64,000 nt of DNA from an uncultured delta proteobacterium (lineage in GTDB: Bacteria; Myxococcota_A; Polyangia; Polyangiales; Polyangiaceae). The notes under the pieces were generated by a model. It was not told the origin of the DNA, ran no database searches, and saw only the letters and a program-made list of their open reading frames with translations. The stretch covers positions 416,001 to 480,000 of the forward strand of contig CAVOKF010000007.1 in NCBI GenBank assembly GCA_963696385.1, in the 5' to 3' direction. Positions 11,710-21,982 of this stretch are shown piece after piece (position 1 is the first letter of the stretch; the number at the start of each line of letters is the position of its first letter). Made by a program: the position numbers and the translations under genes.

Positions 11710-12367
11710 CGTTCCCCTCCTCGTGCGCCTCGGCTCCCTTGAGTCGGCGGAGCAGCTCGCGTCTTCCGCGAACGAGTCGCGACTGCGCCGCGGACACGGA
11801 GACGCCGAGCATCACGGAGACTTCGGTCAGATCGTGACCCAGAACGTCGTGGAGCACGAGCACCATCGCTTTCTTGGGGCTCATCGCCGCGAGGTGCGTC
11901 TGAACGGCGCGGATTTGCTGTCGCGCACTCGCGTCTCGCTCGGCATTGCCCACGGCCGGCCGGTCGGCAACGTCCCACAGCTCCACCGGATCGAAGACGG
12001 CCCGCGAACGACGGCGGGCGCGCAGCGCGTTGAATGCCACGTGTGCCGCGATCGACGAGGCCCAAGTCGGCAGGCTGCATCCTCTGGAAAAACGTCCACG
12101 GACGAGCGTACTGACGATCTGCTCGAACGTGACCTGCACGAGGTCTTCGTGGTCGCACATTCGGCCACCCATGAGACGACGAAGGGTCGCGTGAACCACG
12201 GAGATCAATCGATCGTAAAGCTCTCGTGCTGCGCGAATGTCTCCCGACACGAGCGCGTCGATCAACGCGTCGTCCTGCAAGGGCTGCTGGGCCGGCGAAG
12301 ACGAAACAGGAGGTGCCAGCTTTAGCCAGCGATCCTCTGCCTTTACGATTCGATCGGATTGGCTCAC
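11699..12367 (-). CDS. ECF RNA polymerase sigma-70 factor
   Basis: Region 2 DHEDLVQVTF..LPTWASSIAAH; region 4 LVLHDVLGHDLTEVSVMLGVSVSAAQSRLVRGRREL. Start uncertain. Confidence 0.88.
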   Translation of the reverse strand: MSQSDRIVKAEDRWLKLAPPVSSSPAQQPLQDDALIDALVSGDIRAARELYDRLISVVHATLRRLMGGRMCDHEDLVQVTFEQIVSTLVRGRFSRGCSLPTWASSIAAHVAFNALRARRRSRAVFDPVELWDVADRPAVGNAERDASARQQIRAVQTHLAAMSPKKAMVLVLHDVLGHDLTEVSVMLGVSVSAAQSRLVRGRRELLRRLKGAEAHEEGNDVA

Positions 12368-12500
12368 CAAATAATCTCGGCCTTCGCTTTCGGTTGGTAC
12401 CCGCTCGACCGTCCGGCAGGCATTTCGGCGCGGGTCGCACCCCGCGAAGGGAATGTCGGTTCGAGTGCGCTCCGGTTGCGGCCGGCACGCTGCCGCTCGT

Positions 12501-13475
12501 TCAGGGCCAGGCCATGCGGAAGCCGGCTGCGGCGTCGAGCTCCAGGGCCGGAATGCGCGCGACAACTTGGTCGTGGACCGTAACGTCCGTGGCCCCTAGC
12601 GTTTCCATTACGCCCACTCCAGCTACGACACCCACGGCGCGAGACCACATCCACGAAGCATCCAGGAACTCGCCGAGCCCCGCCACCCAGCGCTGGCCGC
12701 TTGCGCGGACTCCGGTTGCGGGATCCGTGGCGGTTGCGTCAATGAGCTCCGCGAGCGCCTGGCCGCGAGCCGCGAACTCGACCCCGCCGGGCAGGCGGAA
12801 AAGGGCGAGACCGGCCCCCGCCGCAGCACTCGGACGCACGATGGCGAGACCGTCGAGAGCCATCCCGGCGAAGGAGCATCGGACGGCGCCAAAAAGAAAC
12901 AGCCGATCGCGGTGAATCTTCGACGAAAAGCGGAGCTCTCCGCCCAAGGAGGGCGGCAGTCCCTGCGTCCCCCCGATCACCGTGAACTGCGCGTCGATCC
13001 ACGGGCGGGCCGCGGGCCCTTGGTTCGGCCGCTCGACCTCGTCGGCTGCGGCGGACGCCGTCGCGTTGGCCTTGGAAGGTTCGCGCTGCGCGGTGACCTG
13101 GTACGCGACCGTTTCGCCGACCGTCGTGGCGATGGCGAAACCGACCGTTCGCCATCGCTCGCCAACGGGATCCGTGGGCGAGAACGAAAGAAACCGCGTA
13201 GCCCATTGCGGCCGCCCACGCATGCGCAACCCCACATCGATGCGGGCGTAGGAATCCGTCGTGGTCTCCCACTTCACGATCGCGATCGCGCTGCGTGCGT
13301 CATCGAGAGCCTCGCCGCCAAACACACACCGGCCCGCGTGCATCGCGACGTTGCACGCATCGAGCATGGATCGTGCCTCGGCAGACGATTCGTCCGCGGG
13401 CGCGATCTCGACCACCACCGTGGTGGTCATCGAATCCACGGTGAGCTCGGCTGCGACCGTTTTGCTGCGGCGCAT
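12501..13475 (-). CDS. Hypothetical protein with alternating beta-strand-like C-terminal half
   Basis: GGAGG RBS before MRRSKTV. Co-oriented upstream of the ECF/FecR pair. Aromatic-ended C-terminus (GFRMAWP). Confidence 0.6.
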   Translation of the reverse strand: MRRSKTVAAELTVDSMTTTVVVEIAPADESSAEARSMLDACNVAMHAGRCVFGGEALDDARSAIAIVKWETTTDSYARIDVGLRMRGRPQWATRFLSFSPTDPVGERWRTVGFAIATTVGETVAYQVTAQREPSKANATASAAADEVERPNQGPAARPWIDAQFTVIGGTQGLPPSLGGELRFSSKIHRDRLFLFGAVRCSFAGMALDGLAIVRPSAAAGAGLALFRLPGGVEFAARGQALAELIDATATDPATGVRASGQRWVAGLGEFLDASWMWSRAVGVVAGVGVMETLGATDVTVHDQVVARIPALELDAAAGFRMAWP

Positions 13476-13606
13476 TCTGCCTCCTGCCTGGCGATCGTCA
13501 GTCCGGTTACCAATGCAAGTCGGTACATCGCCAAACCTGACCTCTGGGACCTCATCCGTCATCCTCGCCGAACCAGCCACTCGATCACAGCACGGGAGAT
13601 GGCTTC

Positions 13607-15433
13607 GTGAAGCTCCTGCAGAAAGTTTCGCGCCAGCGGTCAACCGTCGCGGTCGCACCCAGCGCCGCGCACGCAAGCAGCTGCCTCATCATGATCTCAC
13701 TATTGTCGTGCACGCCAGGTCAGATCGCACTATTCCCCGACGCAGGCACCGTCCAGTCGTTGAGCGACGGCAGTGCGGTGGCCGACGGCGGCACAGCGGA
13801 CGGCGGCGGCGGCGCGCTGCCCCCTGCCCATACGATGGCCGACTGCGATACCTTGGCTGCGGGCGACGCCGAGCTCGTTCTGCCGCTGAGCCAAACAAAG
13901 GTTACCAAGCCGGTGTGGCCCGCCCCGCCCACCAACGCGGCGTGCATCCTGCTGGCGGCCGCATCGACGCCCGATGAGGCCCAAACGACCGCCGACACGA
14001 TCCGGATCGCCGCAGCGCTGGCCAATCCATCCTGTCCGGTCGTGGAGCTCGTCGCCAGCGGGTCGAACACGGCGTTCATCTCGGGCCCCCTCGATATCGT
14101 CGGCCCGGAGGTCCTCTGGATTGACACGGGCGTCACGCTGTACGCATCGGTCAACGCGGACCTGTTCGCATTCAGTGGCCGCAAGTCTTGCGGGGCTCAA
14201 AGTTTCGATGAGGATTGCGTCACGACCGACGGGACCCAATGCACCGCGCTCATCAACATGACCGGCGCCGGGCCACAGCTCGTGGGGGGCGGCACGATCG
14301 ATGGCCAAGGGGGCAGACCCATCATCGTCGGGGGGGTTCAGCAGACCTACTCGTGGTGGGACCTGTCGGTCGCCGTGACCCACGACGACGACCCGGACGC
14401 GGGCGTCAATCCGACGAACTGCGCGAGCACGCCGCCCTTGCAGCGGGGGGGCAGCGCTCCAAATCCCCAGCTCATCATAGGCGGTGCGACCAGCACCGGC
14501 AGTTCCGACGACCAGACCGCCCAGTTGGTGATCATGGGACTGACTTTGCACAACTCACCCAAATTCCATGTCAAGTTTGCGAGTCAAGGCTTCACGATCT
14601 GGGGCAACACGATCCTCACGCCGTCGGACCCGTCGGTTCCACCGGTCCGTGCACCCAACACGGACGGCATCGACCCCGGCGAGGGGTACATGGCCACCGG
14701 CGGAGCGGTTGTCTGCAACATGATCAGCACGGGCGACGACGACATCGGTCTCAAGGGACATTACGGTGTCGGCAACGTCGTCGTCGCGCACAATCACTTT
14801 GGCTCCGGCCACGGCATCGCGATCGGCAGCGAGACCCAGGGCATTCCGGGGCTCACGCCGATCGATACGGCGAGCAGCACCACGACGGGGATCGGAATTC
14901 AGGACGTCGACATCTATGACATCACGGTCGATGGCGACACCCGGTCGACCGGCGACGCCCCCGGATCAGACCTCAATGGCGTGCGTCTGAAGTCCGATAC
15001 GTCCAGCGGTGGAATCGTGCAAAGCACCGTATTTCACGACATCTGCACGCGCGACGTCGTGAATCCGCTCATCATCACTCCCCACTATTCGGCCCAGACG
15101 GCGACGCCCCCCCTCATCCCTTACTTCAAGGATATCCGGGTCACGAACCTGGCAGCAGTCCTGGGGTCGATGCCGGACGGCCCTATCGTGCCCGTCGTGA
15201 CGCTGCAGGGGTACGATTCAGCCCACCCGACGAACGTCACGCTGAACAACGTCCTCATCGAAGCCATCACGCCGGCCAATGTGGTCGCCGACCCCGATAC
15301 GCCGAACGTGACGTTGAATGTGACATTTGCCGGACAGGGCGCAAACTTCGCAGTCCCACCGGAAGTGACCGAAGCGGGCAGCCCCGCGGGAATCGCATGC
15401 GATTGGGGCTGGCCCGTGCCCCGGCCGCAGTGA
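13607..15433 (+). CDS. Glycoside hydrolase family 28 (polygalacturonase-like), probable lipoprotein
   Basis: All four GH28 motifs: PNTDGID, TGDDDI, GHGIAIGSE, GVRLKSD. Also GGGTIDGQG and a lipobox-like LLSC. Start uncertain. Confidence 0.9.
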   Translation: MKLLQKVSRQRSTVAVAPSAAHASSCLIMISLLSCTPGQIALFPDAGTVQSLSDGSAVADGGTADGGGGALPPAHTMADCDTLAAGDAELVLPLSQTKVTKPVWPAPPTNAACILLAAASTPDEAQTTADTIRIAAALANPSCPVVELVASGSNTAFISGPLDIVGPEVLWIDTGVTLYASVNADLFAFSGRKSCGAQSFDEDCVTTDGTQCTALINMTGAGPQLVGGGTIDGQGGRPIIVGGVQQTYSWWDLSVAVTHDDDPDAGVNPTNCASTPPLQRGGSAPNPQLIIGGATSTGSSDDQTAQLVIMGLTLHNSPKFHVKFASQGFTIWGNTILTPSDPSVPPVRAPNTDGIDPGEGYMATGGAVVCNMISTGDDDIGLKGHYGVGNVVVAHNHFGSGHGIAIGSETQGIPGLTPIDTASSTTTGIGIQDVDIYDITVDGDTRSTGDAPGSDLNGVRLKSDTSSGGIVQSTVFHDICTRDVVNPLIITPHYSAQTATPPLIPYFKDIRVTNLAAVLGSMPDGPIVPVVTLQGYDSAHPTNVTLNNVLIEAITPANVVADPDTPNVTLNVTFAGQGANFAVPPEVTEAGSPAGIACDWGWPVPRPQ

Positions 15434-15611
15434 GACGACCATGAGTGGGCGAAAGGGATCATTCCGCGCGGCCGCCGCGCCCGGTCCGGTCGGACCGCGG
15501 CAACGCGGGGGACTGCCGGCAGCGCTTGCGCCGCCCGACGCGGCGCCAGACTTCGAACAAGCCGAGCGCTCTGCGCTGTCAGGCGCACATCCACTGCCGG
15601 AGAGACGAGCC

Positions 15612-17222
15612 ATGCCGCGAACACGCCCTGTATTTCGCCGCCAAATTCTGCGCATTCCGTGGATCGCGTGTGCGACGTTGGTCAGCCACTGCGCCCCTCA
15701 GGAGCATGCGGGCCCGAGCGTGGACAGCACCCAAGCGGAGGGCGGATTCGGCTCGCCGCCGTCGTCGCCCACCCTCGGCGCCGCAGGCAACGACAACCCA
15801 ACGGGCGAAGGCGGCAGCCTCGGTGCCACCCCACCCGCAGCTTGCGTGGGCAACGGGTGCCTGATCGATGCATGCGACGGTGGGGCCACAACGACGGTGA
15901 CGGCGAAAGTGTACGACCCGGCGGGTAAAGTGCCGCTTTACAACGTGGCCGTCTACGTCCCGAGCACGGCGCTGGATCCCATCGCGACCGGACCGACGTG
16001 CGACAACTGCGCGACCCCGGTTTCGGGTACCCCCGTCGCTTCCGCCCTTACGGACGCGACCGGCCAGTTCGTGATGACCGGCGTCCCGGCGGGCGCCGCG
16101 GTTCCTCTCGTCATCCAAGTCGGCAAATGGCGACGCGTCATCTCGTTGCCCGAGGTCAAGGCTTGTCAAAACAACACATTCGATGACCCCACCCTGTTTC
16201 GTTTGCCTCAAAACCAGATGGACGGTCAGAACGCCAATCTCCCGAAAATCGCGCTCGCCGTCGGCGGCGCGGACACGCTCGAGTGTTTGCTCCGGCGCAT
16301 CGGCATTTCCGACTCCGAGTTCACCGACCCCAGCGGCACCGGGCGAGTCAACCTGTTCGTGGACGACATCGCGGGCACGGCCGGCGTCGACACGCCCACC
16401 TCGTCGTATTCGGATGGCGGAGCGACCTTCCCGCCCTTCTCCGAGCTCTTCGCGGGCGTCGACTCCGCCTCGGACGGAGGCTTCGTCGACAGTGGAGTCG
16501 ATCCCTTGTCGAGCTACGACATCGTCGTCATCGCTTGCCAAGGCAGCGAGTCGGCTGGACGCGCGGTGACGAGCGCCGAGAAGCAGGGCTTGAAGGCGTT
16601 CGTCGACCACGGGGGGCGCGGATTCTTGTCGCATTACAACTACAGCTGGCTGCGCGGCGGGTCGATCGTGGGCAAAGTGGACGTTCAGCCGTCCGCCGAA
16701 GGCTCGGCGATCGACCTGCAGACGAAGTACAGCCAGACCCCCTTCCCACCCATCGCCGTTTGGGAAGATCCGGTCGCACTCACGTATGCGCCCGGCGGCG
16801 ACGGCACCTACCTGATCGACACGACGTTTCCGCGCGGCCTGCAGATGTCGAATTGGCTCTTCAACGTCGGCGCGTCGGCCGTAGCGGGGAGCATTTCCCT
16901 CGTGAACGTCAAGGACCCGGCGACATCGGTGATCGCAGGGGTCGCCGAAGGTTGGATTTATCAGAACACCGCGGGGACGCCCTACCTCTCCGCCAATACT
17001 CCCATCGAGGAAGCGGCGACACCCGCTCAGCAATGCGGGCGCATCGTCCAGACCGGCATTCACGTCGCTTCCGTATCGGCCGATACCCACACCGCATTCC
17101 CGAGCGGCTGCGCGACGGGCGACCTCACGGCCCAGGAGAAGGCGCTCGAGTTTCTCCTGTTCGACCTGTCGTCGTGTGTAGCGGACGAGAGCGTGGCTCC
17201 GACCCCACCGATCATCCGGTAA
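15612..17222 (+). CDS. Secreted protein/lipoprotein with carboxypeptidase-regulatory-like domain (myxobacterial type)
   Basis: VYDPAGKVPLYNVAVYVP, LVIQVGKWRR, DTLECLLRRIGI, LTAQEKALEFLLFDLSSCV. N-terminal hydrophobic stretch ending in Cys. Confidence 0.75.
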   Translation: MPRTRPVFRRQILRIPWIACATLVSHCAPQEHAGPSVDSTQAEGGFGSPPSSPTLGAAGNDNPTGEGGSLGATPPAACVGNGCLIDACDGGATTTVTAKVYDPAGKVPLYNVAVYVPSTALDPIATGPTCDNCATPVSGTPVASALTDATGQFVMTGVPAGAAVPLVIQVGKWRRVISLPEVKACQNNTFDDPTLFRLPQNQMDGQNANLPKIALAVGGADTLECLLRRIGISDSEFTDPSGTGRVNLFVDDIAGTAGVDTPTSSYSDGGATFPPFSELFAGVDSASDGGFVDSGVDPLSSYDIVVIACQGSESAGRAVTSAEKQGLKAFVDHGGRGFLSHYNYSWLRGGSIVGKVDVQPSAEGSAIDLQTKYSQTPFPPIAVWEDPVALTYAPGGDGTYLIDTTFPRGLQMSNWLFNVGASAVAGSISLVNVKDPATSVIAGVAEGWIYQNTAGTPYLSANTPIEEAATPAQQCGRIVQTGIHVASVSADTHTAFPSGCATGDLTAQEKALEFLLFDLSSCVADESVAPTPPIIR

Positions 17223-17364
17223 CCGGGGCGGCGTTCGATTCGCCGCGCAGGACGAGGGTTCTCGTTCGTTCTACGTGTCGGAAGCGGTCGACCCCGACCC
17301 AACGGCGTTTTCCGAAGACGCTTGTGGTCCGGAGGTCCTCTTAGCAGCCGCTTACGCATGCAAC

Positions 17365-17390
17365 GCAACGTGCAACGCAACGTGCAGCGC
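17365..17390 (+). promoter_or_regulatory. Tandem-repeat enhancer candidate, copy 1
   Basis: GCAACGTGCAACGCAACGTGCAGCGC, 24/26 identical to 24852-24877 and starting 88 bp before the sigma54 GG. Confidence 0.7.
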
Positions 17391-17451
17391 AATACCCGCG
17401 CTCGATGGCCGGTATGAAGGCACAAAGCCGCGGCTTCGACGCCTCCCTCAT

Positions 17452-17467
17452 TGGCACACGACGTGCT
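17452..17467 (+). promoter_or_regulatory. Sigma54 promoter, copy 1
   Basis: TGGCACACGACGTGCT = GG-N10-GC, 15/16 identical to 24940-24955. Confidence 0.8.
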
Positions 17468-17704
17468 CCTGCGATCTCCTGCCTGCTCAACCGCAGTACT
17501 TACGCCGGCAAGGAGGTAACGTGGCGCTGACTCTGAGTACGTGTAGCCGCTCACGACGAGTGCGACTCTGAGTAATCGCAGCGGAAAGAGAACGAGACGG
17601 AGAGAGCGATCGCCATAGGCATGCGTCTGCAGCGCAAGTGATGAAACTGCGCCGACACCCTATTGGCGACTTCGCACTGACGAGAACTGATAAGGAGGAC
17701 TCTC

Positions 17705-18637
17705 ATGAACAAGAGCTTTTATGTGGCGAGTGTCGTGATATTTGGAGCCGCTCTCCTTTCGGCCGAAGCGTCTGCCCAGGCCCAAGTCCAATGGACCAAC
17801 TATAACGGACCCGAGGATTGGCTTATTTCCATCGCCGTCGGGGAGGGAGGTTTTTTTGAACGCGGCGCCGCCACATTGTGGGCCGCTGGCGATAATGGTA
17901 TTTACGAATCGGTGGTTTCTCAGGGCACATGGAGCACGTTTGCGCCCAACTTCGTCGCGCTTCAGATCGCGGCGGATACTTCGGGTGGCGTATATGCTAT
18001 TAGCGAAAGTGGCACCATTTGGAGGACGGTAGTCGTCCAGACCCATTCTGGCAAATTTCCAGTATTGAGTTACGCGTTTGAACAGGTGCCGAACAGCACT
18101 ATTCCTCCGGGGCCGAACGGTGGGAGCACATGCACGTCGATTCCGAAGGATATCGCCATTTACGACGGTGGCTCGCCGGGGCCAACCATCTACGTAGTCG
18201 CGTGCAATCAAATATGGAGCTGGGCGCAAAATACAGGACAATGGGGCGTCGTCGGCTTCAGGAACGAAACAGCAGCGGCCGTTGCGGCAGGAGAAAACTC
18301 AGAGCTCCCGTGGGTTGTCGACACAGCCTTCCATACGTGGGCGGTCGACGGCGCACCGGTTGCAGGAAACCCCAACGAGGTCATCCAAAATTATGGGCAT
18401 TCGCTAGCGATATTCGGGACGGGCACTCAAAATACTGTGGCTTTTGGCATCACGGGCGGGGTCTTTGAAAGTGGTAATTATCAAGTTTGTGAATGGAACG
18501 GCTCGTGGACGTGCCCGGTGGGGGGAAGCTGGAGCCAGCCAACGGCGGGAGGCTGGGGTACCAGCATCTCCGCGTCGGGTAACATGGTCGCAGTACTGAA
18601 TGCGCAAAACGAGATCTGGATCGATACCGGCGACTAA
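17705..18637 (+). CDS. Secreted Trp/Gly-rich protein, possible beta-propeller/lectin
   Basis: AAGGAGG RBS, signal peptide ending ASA-Q, repeated IAV/IAA-G..W units. Visibly AT-richer than its flanks. Confidence 0.75.
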   Translation: MNKSFYVASVVIFGAALLSAEASAQAQVQWTNYNGPEDWLISIAVGEGGFFERGAATLWAAGDNGIYESVVSQGTWSTFAPNFVALQIAADTSGGVYAISESGTIWRTVVVQTHSGKFPVLSYAFEQVPNSTIPPGPNGGSTCTSIPKDIAIYDGGSPGPTIYVVACNQIWSWAQNTGQWGVVGFRNETAAAVAAGENSELPWVVDTAFHTWAVDGAPVAGNPNEVIQNYGHSLAIFGTGTQNTVAFGITGGVFESGNYQVCEWNGSWTCPVGGSWSQPTAGGWGTSISASGNMVAVLNAQNEIWIDTGD

Positions 18638-18706
18638 CGGCTCAGGTGGGCGTCCGCGCGTATCAAGAAGCATGGTGTCGGGGATCCGCCATTGCCGACC
18701 GGGAGT

Positions 18707-18734
18707 CGCATGCGCGACGTTGCACGCGCATGCG
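18707..18734. terminator. Hairpin between convergent genes
   Basis: CGCATGCGCG-ACGTTGCA-CGCGCATGCG: perfect 10-bp stem with no U-tract. Confidence 0.35.
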
Positions 18735-18904
18735 GCGCGGCCGGACGGGGATGCTGTGCAAGACGCGAGCGACTGGCCACCAGGTGCCTCGGCGTGGCGA
18801 GTACGTCCGCATACGTCGCGTGGCTTTTCGCCGGGTCGCCCATGGCTCACCTTAGCACGCGAGCTCGGCGCCGAGAGCGTCATCAACAGCGAGAACGGGA
18901 CTCG

Positions 18905-20479
18905 TCACTTGGTGAGAGCCATGATCGCGCCCTCGTTGTTCGTTGCCGCGGGGTTACTGCTCCAATAGATGCGCGTCGCATCGATGGCCATGTATCCCGG
19001 CGCGAGTTGGCCCGCCGCGACCGTCTGCGGTTGCCCGTTGCAACCCCCGACCGCGCACTTCATGATATCGCCACCGGCGGTCGTCCAGTAGGCATTCGTA
19101 CTGTCGACGACGAGACCGAAGGGTGTGTCTTGGCCGGATGCCAGGACCGTGGGGGTATTGGCGCAGCCGCCGACGGCGCACGACAGAACGTTGCCTCCGA
19201 CAAAGTCGGTCCAGTACACGTTCGCGCCGTCGGTAGCGACCGTATAGGCCGTCGCGCCAGCGGCGAGAATCGTCGGCGTGTTGCCGCACCCGCCTATCGC
19301 GCACTTGACGATGCCCGCCGCGTCCGCCCAATAGAGGTTGAAAGAGTCGACGGCGAGAGCGCCAATATTTCCGAGTTGGTTGCGTCCCGACGCAACGATG
19401 GTTGGAACGGCGCCGCAGCCCGAAACGGGGCACAGCATGACGGAGTTGCTGCCGGAGTCCGTCCAATAGACGTTCGCCGAGTCGATGGCGAGGGCGAACG
19501 GGTCGTTCGCTTGGAGCGTCAGAACGCTCGGCCCCTGTGCGCAACCCGTCGTCGCGCAGCTCATGACCGAGCCAGGATCGCCGTAGTTAAGCCAATATAC
19601 GCTGCCGTTCTCAGCGGCGATGGATTGGGGAAAGGCGGGGGTCAGGTAGACAAGCTCCGTTGGCTGCTGGTTACAGCCGTCGAGTGCACACTTCATGATT
19701 TGTTGCTGGAGCGAATCGGAGAAGTAGACATTGGTCGAATCGACCGCGATGCCCTGGGGAGCGAGCGCCGGCGCCATGACGACCGGCTGACATTGGCCGC
19801 TTGCACACGTGCCTCCAAAGCAGTCATGCCCGCAGCTGCCGCAATTGATGGCATCCGTTGAGAGATCGGTGCATGAGCCGTTGCAGGCCGAGGCGTCGTT
19901 CTGGGCGCAGGAGGGCGCCTCGTTGGCCACGTCGGTCTGCCCTGCGTCGTTGACCGCGCCATCTGCGATGGTGGCATCCGAAAGAGCGTCGGCCTGGCCT
20001 TCGCCGCTGATCGCAGCATCTGTCTCCTGCACGGCGGAGCTCGACTCGCCGTCGTCACTGCTTTCTCCATCATCGCCCGTCATGGCCGCCATCGTGGGCG
20101 GCGCCGCTATGGCATCGCAAGTCGTGGCGCCGCTGCAGGTAGCGGCAGCCACGGGAACTTGCGGACAACTTGCCGAGTCATGGCAGACCACAGACGCATC
20201 CGAAGCCTGCGCCTCAACGGCTTGCTCCCCGTCCCCGCGGGCCGCGGAAACCGAATTCGCATCATCCTCGCCGTCTGCCCGAGCGCAGAGGGCGCCGTCG
20301 CAAGGGACCGCCGCGGTCGCAGCGCTCGAGCCGGCTCCCTCCGAGTCGTCGTGGATGCCGTACAGGGCATCGCACGACAGAGCCAGGAGTGCAAATACGG
20401 CCGCCGACTCGGCCACGACTGCAGCCTTCAACGGCGCCCAGAGTACCATCCTCTCCCATGCTCCCTTCCGCTGCGACAT
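18905..20479 (-). CDS. Lipoprotein with acidic stalk, Cys-rich module and beta-propeller repeats
   Basis: Lipobox LALSC; CTDLSTDAINCGSCGHDC; six repeats of (I/L)AVDxxNVYW..IMKCAxGGC. Start uncertain. Confidence 0.8.
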   Translation of the reverse strand: MSQRKGAWERMVLWAPLKAAVVAESAAVFALLALSCDALYGIHDDSEGAGSSAATAAVPCDGALCARADGEDDANSVSAARGDGEQAVEAQASDASVVCHDSASCPQVPVAAATCSGATTCDAIAAPPTMAAMTGDDGESSDDGESSSAVQETDAAISGEGQADALSDATIADGAVNDAGQTDVANEAPSCAQNDASACNGSCTDLSTDAINCGSCGHDCFGGTCASGQCQPVVMAPALAPQGIAVDSTNVYFSDSLQQQIMKCALDGCNQQPTELVYLTPAFPQSIAAENGSVYWLNYGDPGSVMSCATTGCAQGPSVLTLQANDPFALAIDSANVYWTDSGSNSVMLCPVSGCGAVPTIVASGRNQLGNIGALAVDSFNLYWADAAGIVKCAIGGCGNTPTILAAGATAYTVATDGANVYWTDFVGGNVLSCAVGGCANTPTVLASGQDTPFGLVVDSTNAYWTTAGGDIMKCAVGGCNGQPQTVAAGQLAPGYMAIDATRIYWSSNPAATNNEGAIMALTK

Positions 20480-20587
20480 CCCAGCAACCCTCGTGCCATC
20501 CCCGGCCACGTGGTGAACAGCGTTCTCTCGAACTCGTTTATCCGCAGACCGCCGATCCCACTCTCGACAGACGCAGGCCTCAATCAT

Positions 20588-21982
20588 CTACATATGGTCG
20601 TACGGATCGGGTGCTACGACCGTCGGCGGCCGAGCGGCGTGTGCGGGTGGAAGCCCAACCGACGGACGTGCGGCAACGGGATCCTTTCCCGACGAAGGCG
20701 GAGGTCTCCCGATGATAGACGAGACGGGGGCCGCAGACGTTTCCGCCGTCACGGCTTCGGGGACCCGGACCTCTACGGCTTCCGGTGGAGGGGGCGAGGC
20801 CACCACCCGAGTCGCCGTCGCACCGTCGGCAGGGCCGACCCTCGGCGACCCTTGCTCGAGGGAGCTCGCGAGCGTGAGATGCCCCCCCCTCGCTCGACCG
20901 ATGGCCGCTGCAAGCGAGAGGGCAGCGACCGCCGCCCCGGTGGCCAGAACCAGGACCCGTCGCGGCCACCGACCCCGGGGAGGGTGCGCCGTGGCTTGTA
21001 CCGTCATCGATGAATCCGAGTGAAGGTCGCCCGGCGGATCGCTCGACCGCGGCGCTCCGGCAAGTGCACGCGCTGTGAGCCGCCGACGCCACGACAATGG
21101 CTCGAAGGCAAACGCGGCGAGCGCTTGGCCCAACTCGCGCGCCGAGGCGAATCGATTCTCGGGCAGACGATCGATTGCCTTCAAGATAATGGCCTCGAAT
21201 TCGGCAGGCAGTTCCGAACGCAACCGGGTCGGCGGCACGGCTTCCCCCGCCAACGCGGCATGCATTCGATCGTACGTGCTCGCTCCACAAAAGGGCAAAG
21301 CGCCCGTGGCGCACTCGTATAAAATGACCCCCAACGCATAAATGTCGCTGCGTGCGTCGACATTTTTGGAGTCCCGCACCTGCTCCGGAGCCATATAACT
21401 CGTCGTGCCGAGAGATGCATTCGAATCCGTCAAGTCCGAGACGGGTTCGTCCACAATTTTCGAAATGCCGAAATCGAGAACTCGGGCATCGAGACCGCCC
21501 AGATGGTCGTACCCAATCCGAATATTGCTCGGCTTCAAGTCCCTGTGAACGACGCCCGCATCATGAGCCGCCGCGATTCCCGCCACCACCCCCAACATGC
21601 ACTCGACGATGTCGGCCACCGGCATCAAAGAACGCTGGCGTAAGTAGGTCTTGAGATCGTCACCACTCACTCGATCCATAACCAAGTACGGCACGCCTTC
21701 GTGCTCGCCGATATCCAGCACCTTGACGACATTGGGGTGGTCCACGCGCGCCGCCGCTTGCCCCTCTCGCCGGAAGCGCTCAACCGCAATGCTGTCGACG
21801 ACGAGATGCGCGTGCAGTACTTTGATGGCGACGATACGCCCGAGCGCGGCATGACGGCATTCGTAAACGCAGCTCGTCGCTCCGCGCCCAAGGAGTCGTA
21901 TGACTTGGTAACTGCCGATGGTGCCACTGATCGCGAATACGATACGACCGCCGCTCTCCATGTTGTTCATCCGCGGACGCAT
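20588..21982 (-). CDS. Membrane-anchored Ser/Thr protein kinase
   Basis: LGRGATSCVY, VAIK, HRDLKPSNI, DFGISK, YMAPEQ, DIYALG. One TM helix followed by a Pro-rich tail. Start uncertain (21961-21982). Confidence 0.93.
   Translation of the reverse strand: MRPRMNNMESGGRIVFAISGTIGSYQVIRLLGRGATSCVYECRHAALGRIVAIKVLHAHLVVDSIAVERFRREGQAAARVDHPNVVKVLDIGEHEGVPYLVMDRVSGDDLKTYLRQRSLMPVADIVECMLGVVAGIAAAHDAGVVHRDLKPSNIRIGYDHLGGLDARVLDFGISKIVDEPVSDLTDSNASLGTTSYMAPEQVRDSKNVDARSDIYALGVILYECATGALPFCGASTYDRMHAALAGEAVPPTRLRSELPAEFEAIILKAIDRLPENRFASARELGQALAAFAFEPLSWRRRLTARALAGAPRSSDPPGDLHSDSSMTVQATAHPPRGRWPRRVLVLATGAAVAALSLAAAIGRARGGHLTLASSLEQGSPRVGPADGATATRVVASPPPPEAVEVRVPEAVTAETSAAPVSSIIGRPPPSSGKDPVAARPSVGLPPAHAARPPTVVAPDPYDHM

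Noticed and set aside
17356..17392. TGCAAC repeats as a possible CRISPR or iteron array
   Set aside because: Only 2-3 short contiguous units, no spacers and no cas or rep genes. Better explained as an enhancer.
18707..18734. Third copy of the enhancer unit (ACGTTGCA, reverse of TGCAACGT)
   Set aside because: Single unit inside a hairpin loop with no sigma54 core at the expected distance. Kept only as a possible terminator.
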